A stretch of DNA of 64,000 bases from the NCBI GenBank assembly GCA_046329105.1, contig JAXLVH010000001.1, positions 614,686-678,685 on the forward strand, given 5' to 3'. The number at the start of each line of letters is the position of its first letter. The first letter of the stretch is position 1. The stretch is from Flavobacteriales bacterium (GTDB lineage: Bacteria; Bacteroidota; Bacteroidia; Flavobacteriales_F; PHOS-HE28). The notes under the pieces were generated by a model. It saw nothing but the letters and a program-made list of their open reading frames with translations, made no database searches and had not been told where the DNA came from. Below, one piece after another: positions 37,601-46,957 of the stretch. The position numbers and the translations under genes are program-made.

Positions 37601-40078
37601 ATGAGCACCCCGACCTTCCTCAAGTGGCTTCACGAAGTTGAACTGAAGGACATCCCGACCGTGGGCGGCAAAAACGCCAGCCTCGGCGAGATGATCCAGC
37701 ACCTGGGCAAGCTCGGCGTTCAGGTGCCGGGAGGCTTCGTGGTCACCGTGGCCAGTTACGAGGCCTTCATCGCGCACAATGAACTGGACCAGAAGATCCA
37801 CGATATCGTGGCCGGGTTGGATACCGATGATGTGGAGAACATCCGACGCACCGGCCTGGCCGTGCGCACACTTATCAAGAACGGGAAGTTCCCCGAGGAG
37901 ATCTGGAAGGGCATCATGGCCCGGTACGACGAGCTGAGCCAGAAATACGGCCAGGATGCCACCGATGTGGCCGTGCGCAGCAGTGCCACCGCCGAGGACC
38001 TCCCCGACGCCAGCTTCGCTGGGCAGCAGGAGACCTTCCTGAACATCCGGGGCCACCAGGACCTGATCAGTGCCGTGCGCAACTGTTTCGCCTCGCTGTG
38101 GACCGATCGCGCCATCGTGTACCGCCAGAGCCTGGGTTACGACCACTTCAATGTGGGGATCAGCGTGGGTGTGCAGAAGATGGTACGCTCCGATCTGGGC
38201 GCCAGCGGCGTGGCCTTCAGCCTGGATACCGAAAGCGGTTTCCGGGACGTGGTACTCATCAACGGCAGCTACGGCCTGGGCGAAATGGTCGTGCAGGGCG
38301 CCGTGAGTCCCGATGAGTTCCTGGTCTTCAAGCCCACCCTGGCCGAGGGCTACAGCGCCATCATCGAGAAGAAGATCGGCAACAAGGACCGCAAGATGAT
38401 CTACGGTGTGGAGCCCGGCAAGCCCACGCTCACCATCCCCACCGAGCGCGCCATGCGCAACCGCTTCTGCATCTCCGACGACCAGGCCCTGGAGATCGCA
38501 CGCGGCGTGACGGCCATTGAAAAATACTACTCCGCCAAAAAGGGCCACTGGTGCCCCATGGACGTGGAGTGGGCGGTGGACGGCCTGAGCAAGCAGCTCT
38601 TCATCGTGCAGGCCCGGCCCGAGACGATCCACAGCCGCAAAGCCACCGATCGCGTGGTGGAGTACCGGCTGGACGCCGCATCCATGTCCGGAGGCGCATC
38701 GCCCGAGGTGATCGCCAAGGGTGTGGCCATCGGCGACAAGGTGGGTGCTGGCAAGGTGCGCATCCTCTTCAGCCTGGACGGGCGGGGTGGCGGTACCGAC
38801 GGCAAGGACTTCCAACAGGGTGACGTGCTGGTGACCGACATGACCGATCCCGATTGGGAGCCGATCATGAAGAAGGCCAGCGCAATCATCACCAACAAGG
38901 GCGGCCGCACCTGCCATGCCGCCATCGTGGCCCGCGAAATGGGCGTGCCGGCCATCGTGGGGTGCGGCAACGCAACCGACCTGCTCGATACCGGGATGGA
39001 GGTAACGGCCAGCTGCTGCGAGGGCGATACCGGCGTGATCTACAAGGGGATCGTCCCCTTCACGCGCGAGGAGACCATGCTGAACGACCTGCCCGAGGTG
39101 CGCACGCCGATCATGCTCAACGTGGCCAGCCCCGACCTGGCCTTCAAGTTCGCCGCCCTGCCGAATGCCGGTGTGGGCCTGGCCCGCGAGGAATTCCTCA
39201 TCAACAACTACATCCAGGCCCACCCCCTGGCCCTCCTGCAGCACAAGGAACTGGGCGATGTGGCCCTCAGCGGCAAGATCAGCTACCTGATCAACGGGTA
39301 CGAGGACGAGGAGACCTTCTTCGTCAAGCGCCTCAGCTACGGCATCGCCAAGATCGCCGCCGCCTTCCACCCCAACAAGGTGATCGTGCGCTTCAGCGAT
39401 TTCAAGAGCAACGAGTACAAGAACCTCCTGGGCGGCGAGCATTTCGAACCCGATGAGGAGAACCCCATGATCGGCTGGCGCGGCGCATCGCGCTACTACA
39501 GCGATGCGTACAAGGAGGCCTTCGGGCTGGAGTGCAAGGCCCTGCGCCGCGTGCGCGAGAAGATGGGGCTGAAGAACGTGGTGGTGATGGTGCCCTTCTG
39601 CCGAACGGTGGAGGAACTCAAAAAGGTAATGGCGGTGATGAAGGAATACGGTCTGGAGCGCGGCAAGGAAGGCCTCGAACTCTACCTGATGGCCGAGATC
39701 CCCAGCAACATCATCCTGGCCGAGGAGTTCGCCCAGTACATCGACGGCTTCTCCATCGGCAGCAACGACCTTACCCAGCTCACCCTCGGGCTCGATCGCG
39801 ACAGCGCGCTCGTGAGCCACATCTACGACGAGCGCAACGAGGCCGTGAAGGGCATGATCCGTTCGCTCATCAGCTCGGCCAAACGCACCGGCACCAAGGT
39901 GGGCATCTGCGGCCAGGGCCCCAGCGACTTCCCCGATTTCGCGCAATTCCTCGTGGAACTCGGGATCGATACCATCAGTGTCACACCCGACAGCCTGCTG
40001 AAAACGCGCCGGGCCATCGCTGAAGTGGAGAAGACCATCACAGCGAAGGGCAGCAAGGCCAGGATCCAGGCGAACTGA
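37601..40078 (+). CDS. ppsA: Phosphoenolpyruvate synthase (pyruvate, water dikinase)
   Basis: VGGKNASLGEM, VAVRSSATAEDLPDASFAGQQET, DVEWA, QARPET, GGRTCHAAIVARE, RFSDFKSNEY, ENPMIGWRG, FSIGSNDLTQ. Confidence 0.97.
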   Translation: MSTPTFLKWLHEVELKDIPTVGGKNASLGEMIQHLGKLGVQVPGGFVVTVASYEAFIAHNELDQKIHDIVAGLDTDDVENIRRTGLAVRTLIKNGKFPEEIWKGIMARYDELSQKYGQDATDVAVRSSATAEDLPDASFAGQQETFLNIRGHQDLISAVRNCFASLWTDRAIVYRQSLGYDHFNVGISVGVQKMVRSDLGASGVAFSLDTESGFRDVVLINGSYGLGEMVVQGAVSPDEFLVFKPTLAEGYSAIIEKKIGNKDRKMIYGVEPGKPTLTIPTERAMRNRFCISDDQALEIARGVTAIEKYYSAKKGHWCPMDVEWAVDGLSKQLFIVQARPETIHSRKATDRVVEYRLDAASMSGGASPEVIAKGVAIGDKVGAGKVRILFSLDGRGGGTDGKDFQQGDVLVTDMTDPDWEPIMKKASAIITNKGGRTCHAAIVAREMGVPAIVGCGNATDLLDTGMEVTASCCEGDTGVIYKGIVPFTREETMLNDLPEVRTPIMLNVASPDLAFKFAALPNAGVGLAREEFLINNYIQAHPLALLQHKELGDVALSGKISYLINGYEDEETFFVKRLSYGIAKIAAAFHPNKVIVRFSDFKSNEYKNLLGGEHFEPDEENPMIGWRGASRYYSDAYKEAFGLECKALRRVREKMGLKNVVVMVPFCRTVEELKKVMAVMKEYGLERGKEGLELYLMAEIPSNIILAEEFAQYIDGFSIGSNDLTQLTLGLDRDSALVSHIYDERNEAVKGMIRSLISSAKRTGTKVGICGQGPSDFPDFAQFLVELGIDTISVTPDSLLKTRRAIAEVEKTITAKGSKARIQAN

Positions 40079-40207
40079 GCGGGGACCGGGCGGAGGCCCG
40101 TACCAAGTGGCCGATCCCGCGGATCACGGTGATCGGGGTCCGGCGAAGCGCCCCGGGGCCGTGGGTGTGCGGCTTCGTTACATTCGGCGCCCACGCAGCT
40201 TCGACAC

Positions 40208-42646
40208 ATGCGATCATTCCTCGTGACCACGGTAGCGGCCCTCGCACTGGCCGCCACCGCCAGCGCCCAGCCCTACCGCTTCGGTTGCCACTACTTCCGC
40301 AACGCATCGTACCATCCGCATCGGCCACAACTGATCGGCGTCCGCGAAGGCATCCTCGACGTGATCGCGCGCAGCGACACCTTCGATATCCTGCACTACG
40401 ACATCGCACTGGACATCACCGATGTGGGCGGACACACGATCAAGGCGGCGACCGGCGTGACATATACCGCACTGGTGGCCGATGCGCCCCTCCGACTGGA
40501 CCTGATCGATGCGCTCACCGTGGATTCGGTCACCTCATCCGGCGGTCCACTGCCCTTTACCCATGCGGACAGCCTGCTCACGATCGTCCTGGGCCCCACG
40601 GCCATCGGGGATACGGGCACCATAACGGTACACTATCACGGCATACCCGGATATGATACCGATTGGGGCGGCTTCCGATACCAGAACGGGTACATTTACA
40701 ACCTCGGCATCGGTCTAAGCACCATCCCGCCCAACTTCGGCAAGGTCTGGTACCCGTGCTTCGACAGCTTTGTTGAACGTGCCACCTATGCATACCACGT
40801 GAAAAGCGCAGGCACCTACCGGGCGCACTGTCAGGGCCAGTTCCTGGGTGAGACCCAACTCGGCGGCGATACGGTGGTGCGTTCCTTCGCCCTGGACCAC
40901 GCGATCCCCACGCACATCTCGGCCATAGCGGCGGCCAACTACGCGGACAGTAACTGGACGCACACCGGCGCGTACGGCGACATTCCCGTGCGCCTCACGG
41001 CGAAGCCCGCGGCCCTCGCCGGCATGGTGAGCAAGTTCGCCAGCCTGGGCGATGCCATCGACTGCTACGAATTCTGGTACGGCCCGTACCCGTACGACCG
41101 TGTGGGCTACGCGCTCACCACCGACGGTGCGTTGGAGATCGCCGAGAACATCGCCTATCCGGACTTCATGCCCGAGCAATCGCTGTTCGACAACCGCGGT
41201 CTGTTCGGCCACGAACTGGGCCACCATTGGTGGGGCGACAACGTGACCCCGCGCATCCACAATCACATGTGGCTGAAGGAAGGGCCGGCCGAGTACAGCG
41301 GGCATCTGCTGGAGGAATGGGCCTTCGGGCACGATGCCTTCGTGGATGTGGTGAAGGACAACATGAAGTACGTCCTGGAAGAGGCGCATCTGCAGGACGG
41401 CGGCTTCCAGGCACTGAGCCCCATGCCCGACGAGCACATCTATGGGCTGCATACCTATTACAAGGGAGCGGCTGTCATGCACAACCTGCGCGGCTACCTC
41501 GGCGATACGCTTTTCCGCCAGGGCATGAGCGCCGTGCAACTGGATCTCGCACTGAGCGCGATGGACCCGGCGGGTTTCCAGGCAGCGCTCGAAGCCTCCA
41601 CCGGAGCGGACCTGAGCGACTTCTTCACCGACCAGGTCTTCACTCCAGGATTCTCGGTATTTACCGTCCAGGCCATGCAGAGCCAGCCACAGGGCAACGA
41701 CCATCAGGTGGACCTGACCCTGCGCCAACGCCTGCGCGGCACCACCGGTATGCACCATAACGTCCCGCTCGACATCACACTGATCTCCGCCACCGGCGAG
41801 AGAGAGGAGTACAACGCCACGGCGACCGGGGAGTACACCACCGTCCAACTCACCAGCCCCTTCGAACCCGCGATGGCGGTGCTGAACGGACACAACCGGT
41901 TGAACCAGGCCCGCATGGATCACGAATTCACGGCCGTGCCCGGCGTGAACTTCGCCAGTGCGCTGCCGTACGTGGACTTCCGTGTGGACGATATCGATCT
42001 GGTGGACAGCACGCTCATCCGGGTGGAGCACATCTGGGCCGGCGCCGGGAACGACCCCAAGGAGTGGGGCATCTTCGAAGTGAGCGATGCGCACTACTGG
42101 ATCGTGGACGGCCTGTGGCCCGCTGGCACCGCGCTGAACGGCCGCGTGTACTACCACGCCCATACCGATGAGCTGGACGAGGACCTTTATGGGGCCTCCG
42201 AAGCCGATGCCATACTGGTTTACCGGGAGAACGCCGAGACTCCCTGGCGCCTGTGTCCGGATGTCACCCTCGTCCTCGGCAACCTTACGGACGGGAGCGG
42301 CAACATGAAGATCGATACCCTGCGGAAAGGCCAGTACGCGTTCGCGAAAGGCAACGTCATCATCGGTATGGAGGAAACCGACAGCAGACCCCTGGATCTC
42401 GGGATCGTTCCAGATCCGGCCGATGATCACATCCGTGTTCGTGGCCGGTACGAGGGGGCGGCAACGCTCTTCTTCGATGTCCTCGACATGGATGGCGGCC
42501 TGGTGCAACGCACCACCGTGGCGGTGGCGAACACGTTCGACCGCAACGTTCCCGTGGCCACACTTCCGGCGGGCAGCTACCTGTTGCGCGCTCATGATGG
42601 CAAGGGTGGCCTGATCGGTACCGGCCGCTTCAGCGTGATGCACTGA
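40208..42646 (+). CDS. M1 family metallo-aminopeptidase with T9SS CTD
   Basis: Signal ..ATASA/Q; HELGHHW-x18-E (WLKEG) zinc motif; YYKGAAVMHNLR; CTD-like end IVPDPA..LPAGSYLL; TACATTCG box at 40179-40186. Confidence 0.9.
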   Translation: MRSFLVTTVAALALAATASAQPYRFGCHYFRNASYHPHRPQLIGVREGILDVIARSDTFDILHYDIALDITDVGGHTIKAATGVTYTALVADAPLRLDLIDALTVDSVTSSGGPLPFTHADSLLTIVLGPTAIGDTGTITVHYHGIPGYDTDWGGFRYQNGYIYNLGIGLSTIPPNFGKVWYPCFDSFVERATYAYHVKSAGTYRAHCQGQFLGETQLGGDTVVRSFALDHAIPTHISAIAAANYADSNWTHTGAYGDIPVRLTAKPAALAGMVSKFASLGDAIDCYEFWYGPYPYDRVGYALTTDGALEIAENIAYPDFMPEQSLFDNRGLFGHELGHHWWGDNVTPRIHNHMWLKEGPAEYSGHLLEEWAFGHDAFVDVVKDNMKYVLEEAHLQDGGFQALSPMPDEHIYGLHTYYKGAAVMHNLRGYLGDTLFRQGMSAVQLDLALSAMDPAGFQAALEASTGADLSDFFTDQVFTPGFSVFTVQAMQSQPQGNDHQVDLTLRQRLRGTTGMHHNVPLDITLISATGEREEYNATATGEYTTVQLTSPFEPAMAVLNGHNRLNQARMDHEFTAVPGVNFASALPYVDFRVDDIDLVDSTLIRVEHIWAGAGNDPKEWGIFEVSDAHYWIVDGLWPAGTALNGRVYYHAHTDELDEDLYGASEADAILVYRENAETPWRLCPDVTLVLGNLTDGSGNMKIDTLRKGQYAFAKGNVIIGMEETDSRPLDLGIVPDPADDHIRVRGRYEGAATLFFDVLDMDGGLVQRTTVAVANTFDRNVPVATLPAGSYLLRAHDGKGGLIGTGRFSVMH

Positions 42647-42925
42647 GATCCCGGGCGATCGACAGGTATCCGATCACCCAGTATGGGTATGACCATACGG
42701 GTCGACCGGTGATGAGGCGACAGGGAAGAACGGTCGATCAACCGGGCATGGCCAGGTACAGGAGCGGACGGATGTGAAGGTGTCCAAAGATCCCTGCATC
42801 TCTCTGGCCTCGTTGAACTCCCCTGCCCGGGTGCGGCTATCGCTCGCCGACCGGGCAAGGGACGTCCTGCCCTTCCTGTCTTGGAGGGTAACCTTGGTTG
42901 CCCGCGATCCGTAGGAGCCGAAGAC

Positions 42926-43576
42926 ATGAAGAAAACGCATACCCCCATCTACCGGCGTTGGAGCACCGTGATCAGCGCGGCCGCTCTCTCCACCATCGCG
43001 TTCGGCGATCCCGCTGAACTCCCTGCACACTCCATGTACGATATGGCGCCGCCGGTCCAGTTGATCAGCTTCACCGTCACCCAGGATCAACAGTTCGTCC
43101 GCTTGGATTGGGTGACCGCCTCCGAATGGAACAACGTCAAATTCGTACTGGAGCGCTCCACCGATGGTGAGGCCTTCGGAACGATCGGCATCGTGCTGGG
43201 TGCGGGGAACAGCAGCCAGATGATCACCTACAAGTGGCTCGATCGCACACCTCCCGATGGCGTAGTGCAATACCGCCTCCAACAGATCGATGGCGATGGC
43301 CAGTCCACCTACTCGCCCGTGGCCACGATCGACATGGGCACGGGGCCGGATCCCGTGGTCTCCCCCAATCCCATCGCCGCTGACCAGTTCACCTTGAACA
43401 ACGTGGCCATTGGCAGCCAACTGGAGATCCGCACCATGAACGGCGCGCTCGTGCGCTTCCTCACCGCCACTTCCAGCACGGTAAAGTACGGCGATCTGGA
43501 ACCGGGCACGTATCTTCTGCGCATCACGGATCCTGAGACCGGTGCGGTGAAGCTGACACGCTTCGTGCGGCAGTAG
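42926..43576 (+). CDS. Small T9SS CTD protein: signal peptide + PV(E/Q)L Ig-like domain + CTD
   Basis: PPVQLISF..LDW.TASE.NN..F..ERS.DG..F..IG...GAGNS..YRLQQID.DG..YS, then VSPNP..LEPGTYLL. Confidence 0.8.
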   Translation: MKKTHTPIYRRWSTVISAAALSTIAFGDPAELPAHSMYDMAPPVQLISFTVTQDQQFVRLDWVTASEWNNVKFVLERSTDGEAFGTIGIVLGAGNSSQMITYKWLDRTPPDGVVQYRLQQIDGDGQSTYSPVATIDMGTGPDPVVSPNPIAADQFTLNNVAIGSQLEIRTMNGALVRFLTATSSTVKYGDLEPGTYLLRITDPETGAVKLTRFVRQ

Positions 43577-43597
43577 ATCATCACACTTGAGCTTCCG

Positions 43598-43636
43598 GAA
43601 GGGGTCGTCTCGAAAGAGGCGACCTCTTTCTTGTTC
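43598..43636 (+). terminator. Terminator after 42926..43576
   Basis: GGGGTCGTCTC-GAAA-GAGGCGACCTC followed by TTTCTTGTT. Confidence 0.75.
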
Positions 43637-43845
43637 GTGCCCTCCGCTTCGTTCATACAGATCCCAGGAGCCGCCTACCTGCAACACTCACAAAGCTGTG
43701 CTATAGAGTCGGCACGATCTCGTTCTGGGACACCCTTAGGCCAGTTGATCCGAGAACAGTAAGAGATCCGTCAGCTGCGATCAAAACCAAATAATGCCGC
43801 CCCTTTAAGAGGCGACAGCCCTGGCACCCCGGTCCGGCGCACCGC

Positions 43846-44070
43846 ATGGTGCATGTTGACCTGGAAGCCCGGACCGGCGGCGTTAACGCGCTGTCTTTGC
43901 GCTGGCCATTGATCACTGTAATAGAGGTACAGTTCCCGGTTGAGGCGGGTGCTCAAGGGACGGCAACTCAACTGCCACCGGACCTGGCCGATGGCCTGTA
44001 CCTCCTGACGAGCACCGATCCTTCCGGCACCGTGCTGGAGTCCATACCGGTGATCATGGGGCAGGAATGA
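43846..44070 (+). pseudogene. Possible orphan T9SS CTD fragment
   Basis: Ends LPPDLADGLYLLTSTDPSG..., CTD-like; no signal peptide; in-frame stop at 43792. Confidence 0.35.
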
Positions 44071-44159
44071 CAAGTCCGATCCCGGTTCCGCCTGATCTTC
44101 CATTCCACGACCGTCAGTTTTCCAGGGGGCATCCGTGTTTGCGTACGGTCCATAAGCTG

Positions 44160-44744
44160 CTACTTCTGTATAAGGCCGATCTTCCACATGCCGCGCAGAT
44201 CACCCAGTTGGTAGCCGGTCGCGCGGTCCTGGGGATACATCTCCGCAAGCACGGCGCGGGTGCCCTCCGCAATGTCTTCCGCGCCGCCGTGGCACTTCAG
44301 GCAAGTGGGCATGCCCACGGTGATCGGCTTGTAGTACCACACGGCCCCTTCGGCATCCTGTTGCACAAAGGCGGACTTGTCGCTGGCGAAGCGTTCCCAC
44401 GCGGCCCGGTCCTGCGGCAGGCGGATCCCGTTGTCCGGATCGCGGTTCCGGTCGCTGAGGCGCCGTACATCCACCTCGAACAAGGCGGCCACGGAATCCG
44501 TGAGCGGCACGGCCCGGGTGTTGCAGAAAGCCACGGCGTGCTCCGGCCCGCCGGCCTGCATGGCTGCGGACACGTTCTTCAGCAAGACCTGTTGGGCCTG
44601 TGCCGATATGGAATCGCCCAAGGCGAGGAAGTCGGCCTGCTCCGTGGCCGACAGCATGCCCGGGCCTGTATTGGTGCATGCGGCCGGGAGCAGCGCGAAC
44701 ACGCATCCGGCCACGGTCAATTTCAGGTTGCTGGGATGGTTCAT
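44160..44744 (-). CDS. DUF3365-type single-heme cytochrome c lipoprotein
   Basis: Lipobox ALLPAAC; RRLSDRNRDP.N, YYKPI..CLKCHG (CxxCH), YP.D.ATGY..GDLRG. Confidence 0.85.
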   Translation of the reverse strand: MNHPSNLKLTVAGCVFALLPAACTNTGPGMLSATEQADFLALGDSISAQAQQVLLKNVSAAMQAGGPEHAVAFCNTRAVPLTDSVAALFEVDVRRLSDRNRDPDNGIRLPQDRAAWERFASDKSAFVQQDAEGAVWYYKPITVGMPTCLKCHGGAEDIAEGTRAVLAEMYPQDRATGYQLGDLRGMWKIGLIQK

Positions 44745-44845
44745 GGTCCGTGACGAGTGGTGTTGCGTGGAATGGCCTTATAGGGCCAAGTCCAAAACTA
44801 TTCCGGGCATCCGGTACTCCATTGGAAGAAAGATCACGAAGGCAC

Positions 44846-44876
44846 TTGCATTTAACCTAATGGTTAATTACGTTTG
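44846..44876 (+). promoter_or_regulatory. arsR promoter (TTG -33, TACGTTTG -7) with operator palindrome TTAACC-N4-GGTTAA between them
   Basis: TTG 44846-44848; palindrome 44852-44867; TACGTTTG 44869-44876 is a perfect TAnnTTTG; 20-nt spacer. Confidence 0.75.
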
Positions 44877-44891
44877 CCTCGCCTTCGCGCA

Positions 44892-45335
44892 ATGGCCGCT
44901 TCGGCGAACAAGCCCATCAGCCTCCCCTCGCCTTCGCCGGGCTACGGCGACCAACGCATGGACCGCCTCTCGCTCACCTTCTCCGCCCTGGCCGACCCCA
45001 CGCGCCGGGCCATATTGGCGCGGCTTTCCAGCGGTCCGGCCTCGGTGAACGACCTGGCCGCGCCCTTCAACATGAGCCTACCGGCGGTGAGCAAGCACCT
45101 AAAAGTGCTGGAGCGCGCGCAGCTCATTTCCCGGGGGAAGGAGGCCCAATGGCGGCCGTGCGCCATCAAGGCCGCGCCGCTGAAGGAAGCCACCGACTGG
45201 ATGGAGCAATACCGCCAGTTCTGGGAGGCCCGCTTCGATCGGCTGGATGAATACCTGAAGGAGTTGCAGGCACAGGAGAAACCGGCGCAGGCCAAGTCTG
45301 CGTCTTCAAGCAAGAAACATGGAAAACGCAAGTAA
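44892..45335 (+). CDS. ArsR/SmtB family transcriptional repressor
   Basis: FSALADPTRRAILARL, F.MSLPAVSKHLKVLE.A.LI.R..QWRPC, FWE.RFD.L; alternative start 44958. Confidence 0.93.
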   Translation: MAASANKPISLPSPSPGYGDQRMDRLSLTFSALADPTRRAILARLSSGPASVNDLAAPFNMSLPAVSKHLKVLERAQLISRGKEAQWRPCAIKAAPLKEATDWMEQYRQFWEARFDRLDEYLKELQAQEKPAQAKSASSSKKHGKRK

Positions 45336-45792
45336 GATCCAGGAAGGTGCGGTGGGCGATCGCGAGATCATTGTCACCCGCATAGTACACGCCCCGCGCG
45401 AGCGGGTGTGGAAAGCCTTTGCCACGGCCGAAGCCCTGGCCCATTGGTGGGGGCCGAACGGCTTCACCATCACCACCTCGGCGTTCGAGTTCCGCGAGGG
45501 CGGTGAGTGGGTCTTTGTGATGCACGGCCCGGACGGACGCGACTATCCGAACCGGATCCGCTTCATGCGCCTCGTGAAGCCCTCGCGCATGGAGCACGAG
45601 CACGGCGGCGATGGCGACCGCGTGGTCTTCGATGCGGTGATCACCCTCGACGACTTGGGCGACACGACCCGCGTAACGCTGCACTCCACCTTCCGCATCG
45701 CCTCAGAACGTGATCTGGTGGTGAAGGAATACGGCGCCATCGAAGGCGGCAAGCAAACCCTCGCACGCCTGGACGAATACCTCAAGCAGTAA
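45319..45792 (+). CDS. SRPBCC/AHSA1-like protein 1
   Basis: REI..TR...APRERVWKAF, WWGPNGF, FREGGEW.FVMHGPDG.DYPN, G..QTL.RL. Confidence 0.9.
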   Translation: MENASKIQEGAVGDREIIVTRIVHAPRERVWKAFATAEALAHWWGPNGFTITTSAFEFREGGEWVFVMHGPDGRDYPNRIRFMRLVKPSRMEHEHGGDGDRVVFDAVITLDDLGDTTRVTLHSTFRIASERDLVVKEYGAIEGGKQTLARLDEYLKQ

Positions 45793-45833
45793 CATCCGGA
45801 AACTTCCCTTCCCAACAAACAAAGCAAGCAATC

Positions 45834-46334
45834 ATGACAACCCCGGCCATCTTCAACTTCATCGTCAAGAAGGAGGAAAAGTCCATCACGGTGGAACGCT
45901 CCTTCAACGCACCCTTGGCAGCGGTATGGTCCGCATGGACAGAAGCCGATATCCTGTGCAAGTGGTGGGCACCGAAGCCGTACGCATGCGTGATCCAGTC
46001 GCTTGACTTCCGTGTGGGCGGAAGCTGGCGCTACTACATGCAGGGCCCGGAAGGCGATTGCCACTATTGCAGCTTCGACTACACGGCCGTGAAACCCTTG
46101 ACCTCCTTCACCGGGATCGATGGCTTCTGCGATGAGCACGGTACGCCCATCGACGCGATGCCTCGGATGAACTGGGAGAACAACTTCAACGCACAAGATG
46201 GCAGCACGGTGGTGCGCGTGCAGATCCGCTTCAACAGCGAGGATGATCTGGAGAAGATCACGGCCATGGGCTTCAAGGAAGGTTTCACGCAGGGGCTGGA
46301 CCAACTGGATGAGCTGCTCGCGATCAGGAAATAA
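45834..46334 (+). CDS. SRPBCC/AHSA1-like protein 2
   Basis: ITVERSFNAP..VWSAWT, WWAPKP, DFRVGGSW.Y.M.GPEG, MGFKEG..LDQL. Confidence 0.9.
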   Translation: MTTPAIFNFIVKKEEKSITVERSFNAPLAAVWSAWTEADILCKWWAPKPYACVIQSLDFRVGGSWRYYMQGPEGDCHYCSFDYTAVKPLTSFTGIDGFCDEHGTPIDAMPRMNWENNFNAQDGSTVVRVQIRFNSEDDLEKITAMGFKEGFTQGLDQLDELLAIRK

Positions 46335-46395
46335 GGGCGCGAGATCACGCGCTCCAAAAACTAAAAACAAGTAAGGGCGGGAAATTTCCCGCCCC
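46331..46395. repeat. Doublet of (G)TAAGGGCG..CGCCCC palindromes
   Basis: taagggcgcgagatcacgcgctcc (46332-46355) and gtaagggcgggaaatttcccgcccc (46371-46395). Confidence 0.85.
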
Positions 46396-46414
46396 GACAA
46401 ACAACCCCGACCCC

Positions 46415-46837
46415 ATGTCAACCGCAACCCGCATCACCATCTCCGCCCTTGTGAACAAACCGGTGGCCCACGTCTGGAAAGTCTGGACGGAGCCCGAACA
46501 CATCACGCAATGGAACGCCGCCAGTGACGACTGGCACTGCCCCAAGGCCAGCAACGACCTGCGCACAGGCGGCACCTTCAGCAGCACCATGGCCGCACGC
46601 GACGACAGCTTTAGCTTCGACTTCGGCGGCGTGTTCGACGATGTGCAACCGCACAAGCGCATCGCCTTCACCATGGGCGATGGCCGCTCCTGCGAGATCC
46701 TCTTCACGGAGGAGAATGGCAGTACCCGCGTAGTGGAATCCTTCGACGCCGAGGCGCAGAACCCGGTGGAGATGCAACGCAGCGGCTGGCAAGCGATCCT
46801 GGACCGGTTCAAACGGCATGCGGAGGCGCAAGCCTGA
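46415..46837 (+). CDS. SRPBCC family protein 3
   Basis: ITI.A.V..PV..VW..WT.PEHITQWN.ASDDWHCP, DLR.GG.F...M.A.D.S..FDF, GWQAIL..FK. Confidence 0.9.
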   Translation: MSTATRITISALVNKPVAHVWKVWTEPEHITQWNAASDDWHCPKASNDLRTGGTFSSTMAARDDSFSFDFGGVFDDVQPHKRIAFTMGDGRSCEILFTEENGSTRVVESFDAEAQNPVEMQRSGWQAILDRFKRHAEAQA

Positions 46838-46846
46838 AATACTGGT

Positions 46847-46933
46847 TCACCACAGAGGCACAGAGGACACGGAGAATTCGAACAGGACTTAGCGAAGGCA
46901 TCCTCCTTTGTGCTCTCTGTGCCTCTGTGGTGA
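46847..46933. repeat. CACAGAG-family inverted repeat pair
   Basis: tcaccacagaggcacagag (46847-46865) and its exact reverse complement (46915-46933). Confidence 0.9.
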
Positions 46934-46957
46934 TATCCGATACAACCTGAAGGGACC

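Noticed and set aside
34522-42643. Long antisense ORFs 34522..37068 (+), 37583..39946 (-), 40715..42643 (-)
   Set aside because: Each lies opposite a confidently identified gene (MBOAT and partner, ppsA, M1 peptidase). The same applies to 6478..8007, 14762..16375, 22214..23563, 25600..27198, 28272..30092, 30761..32407 and 52005..53351.
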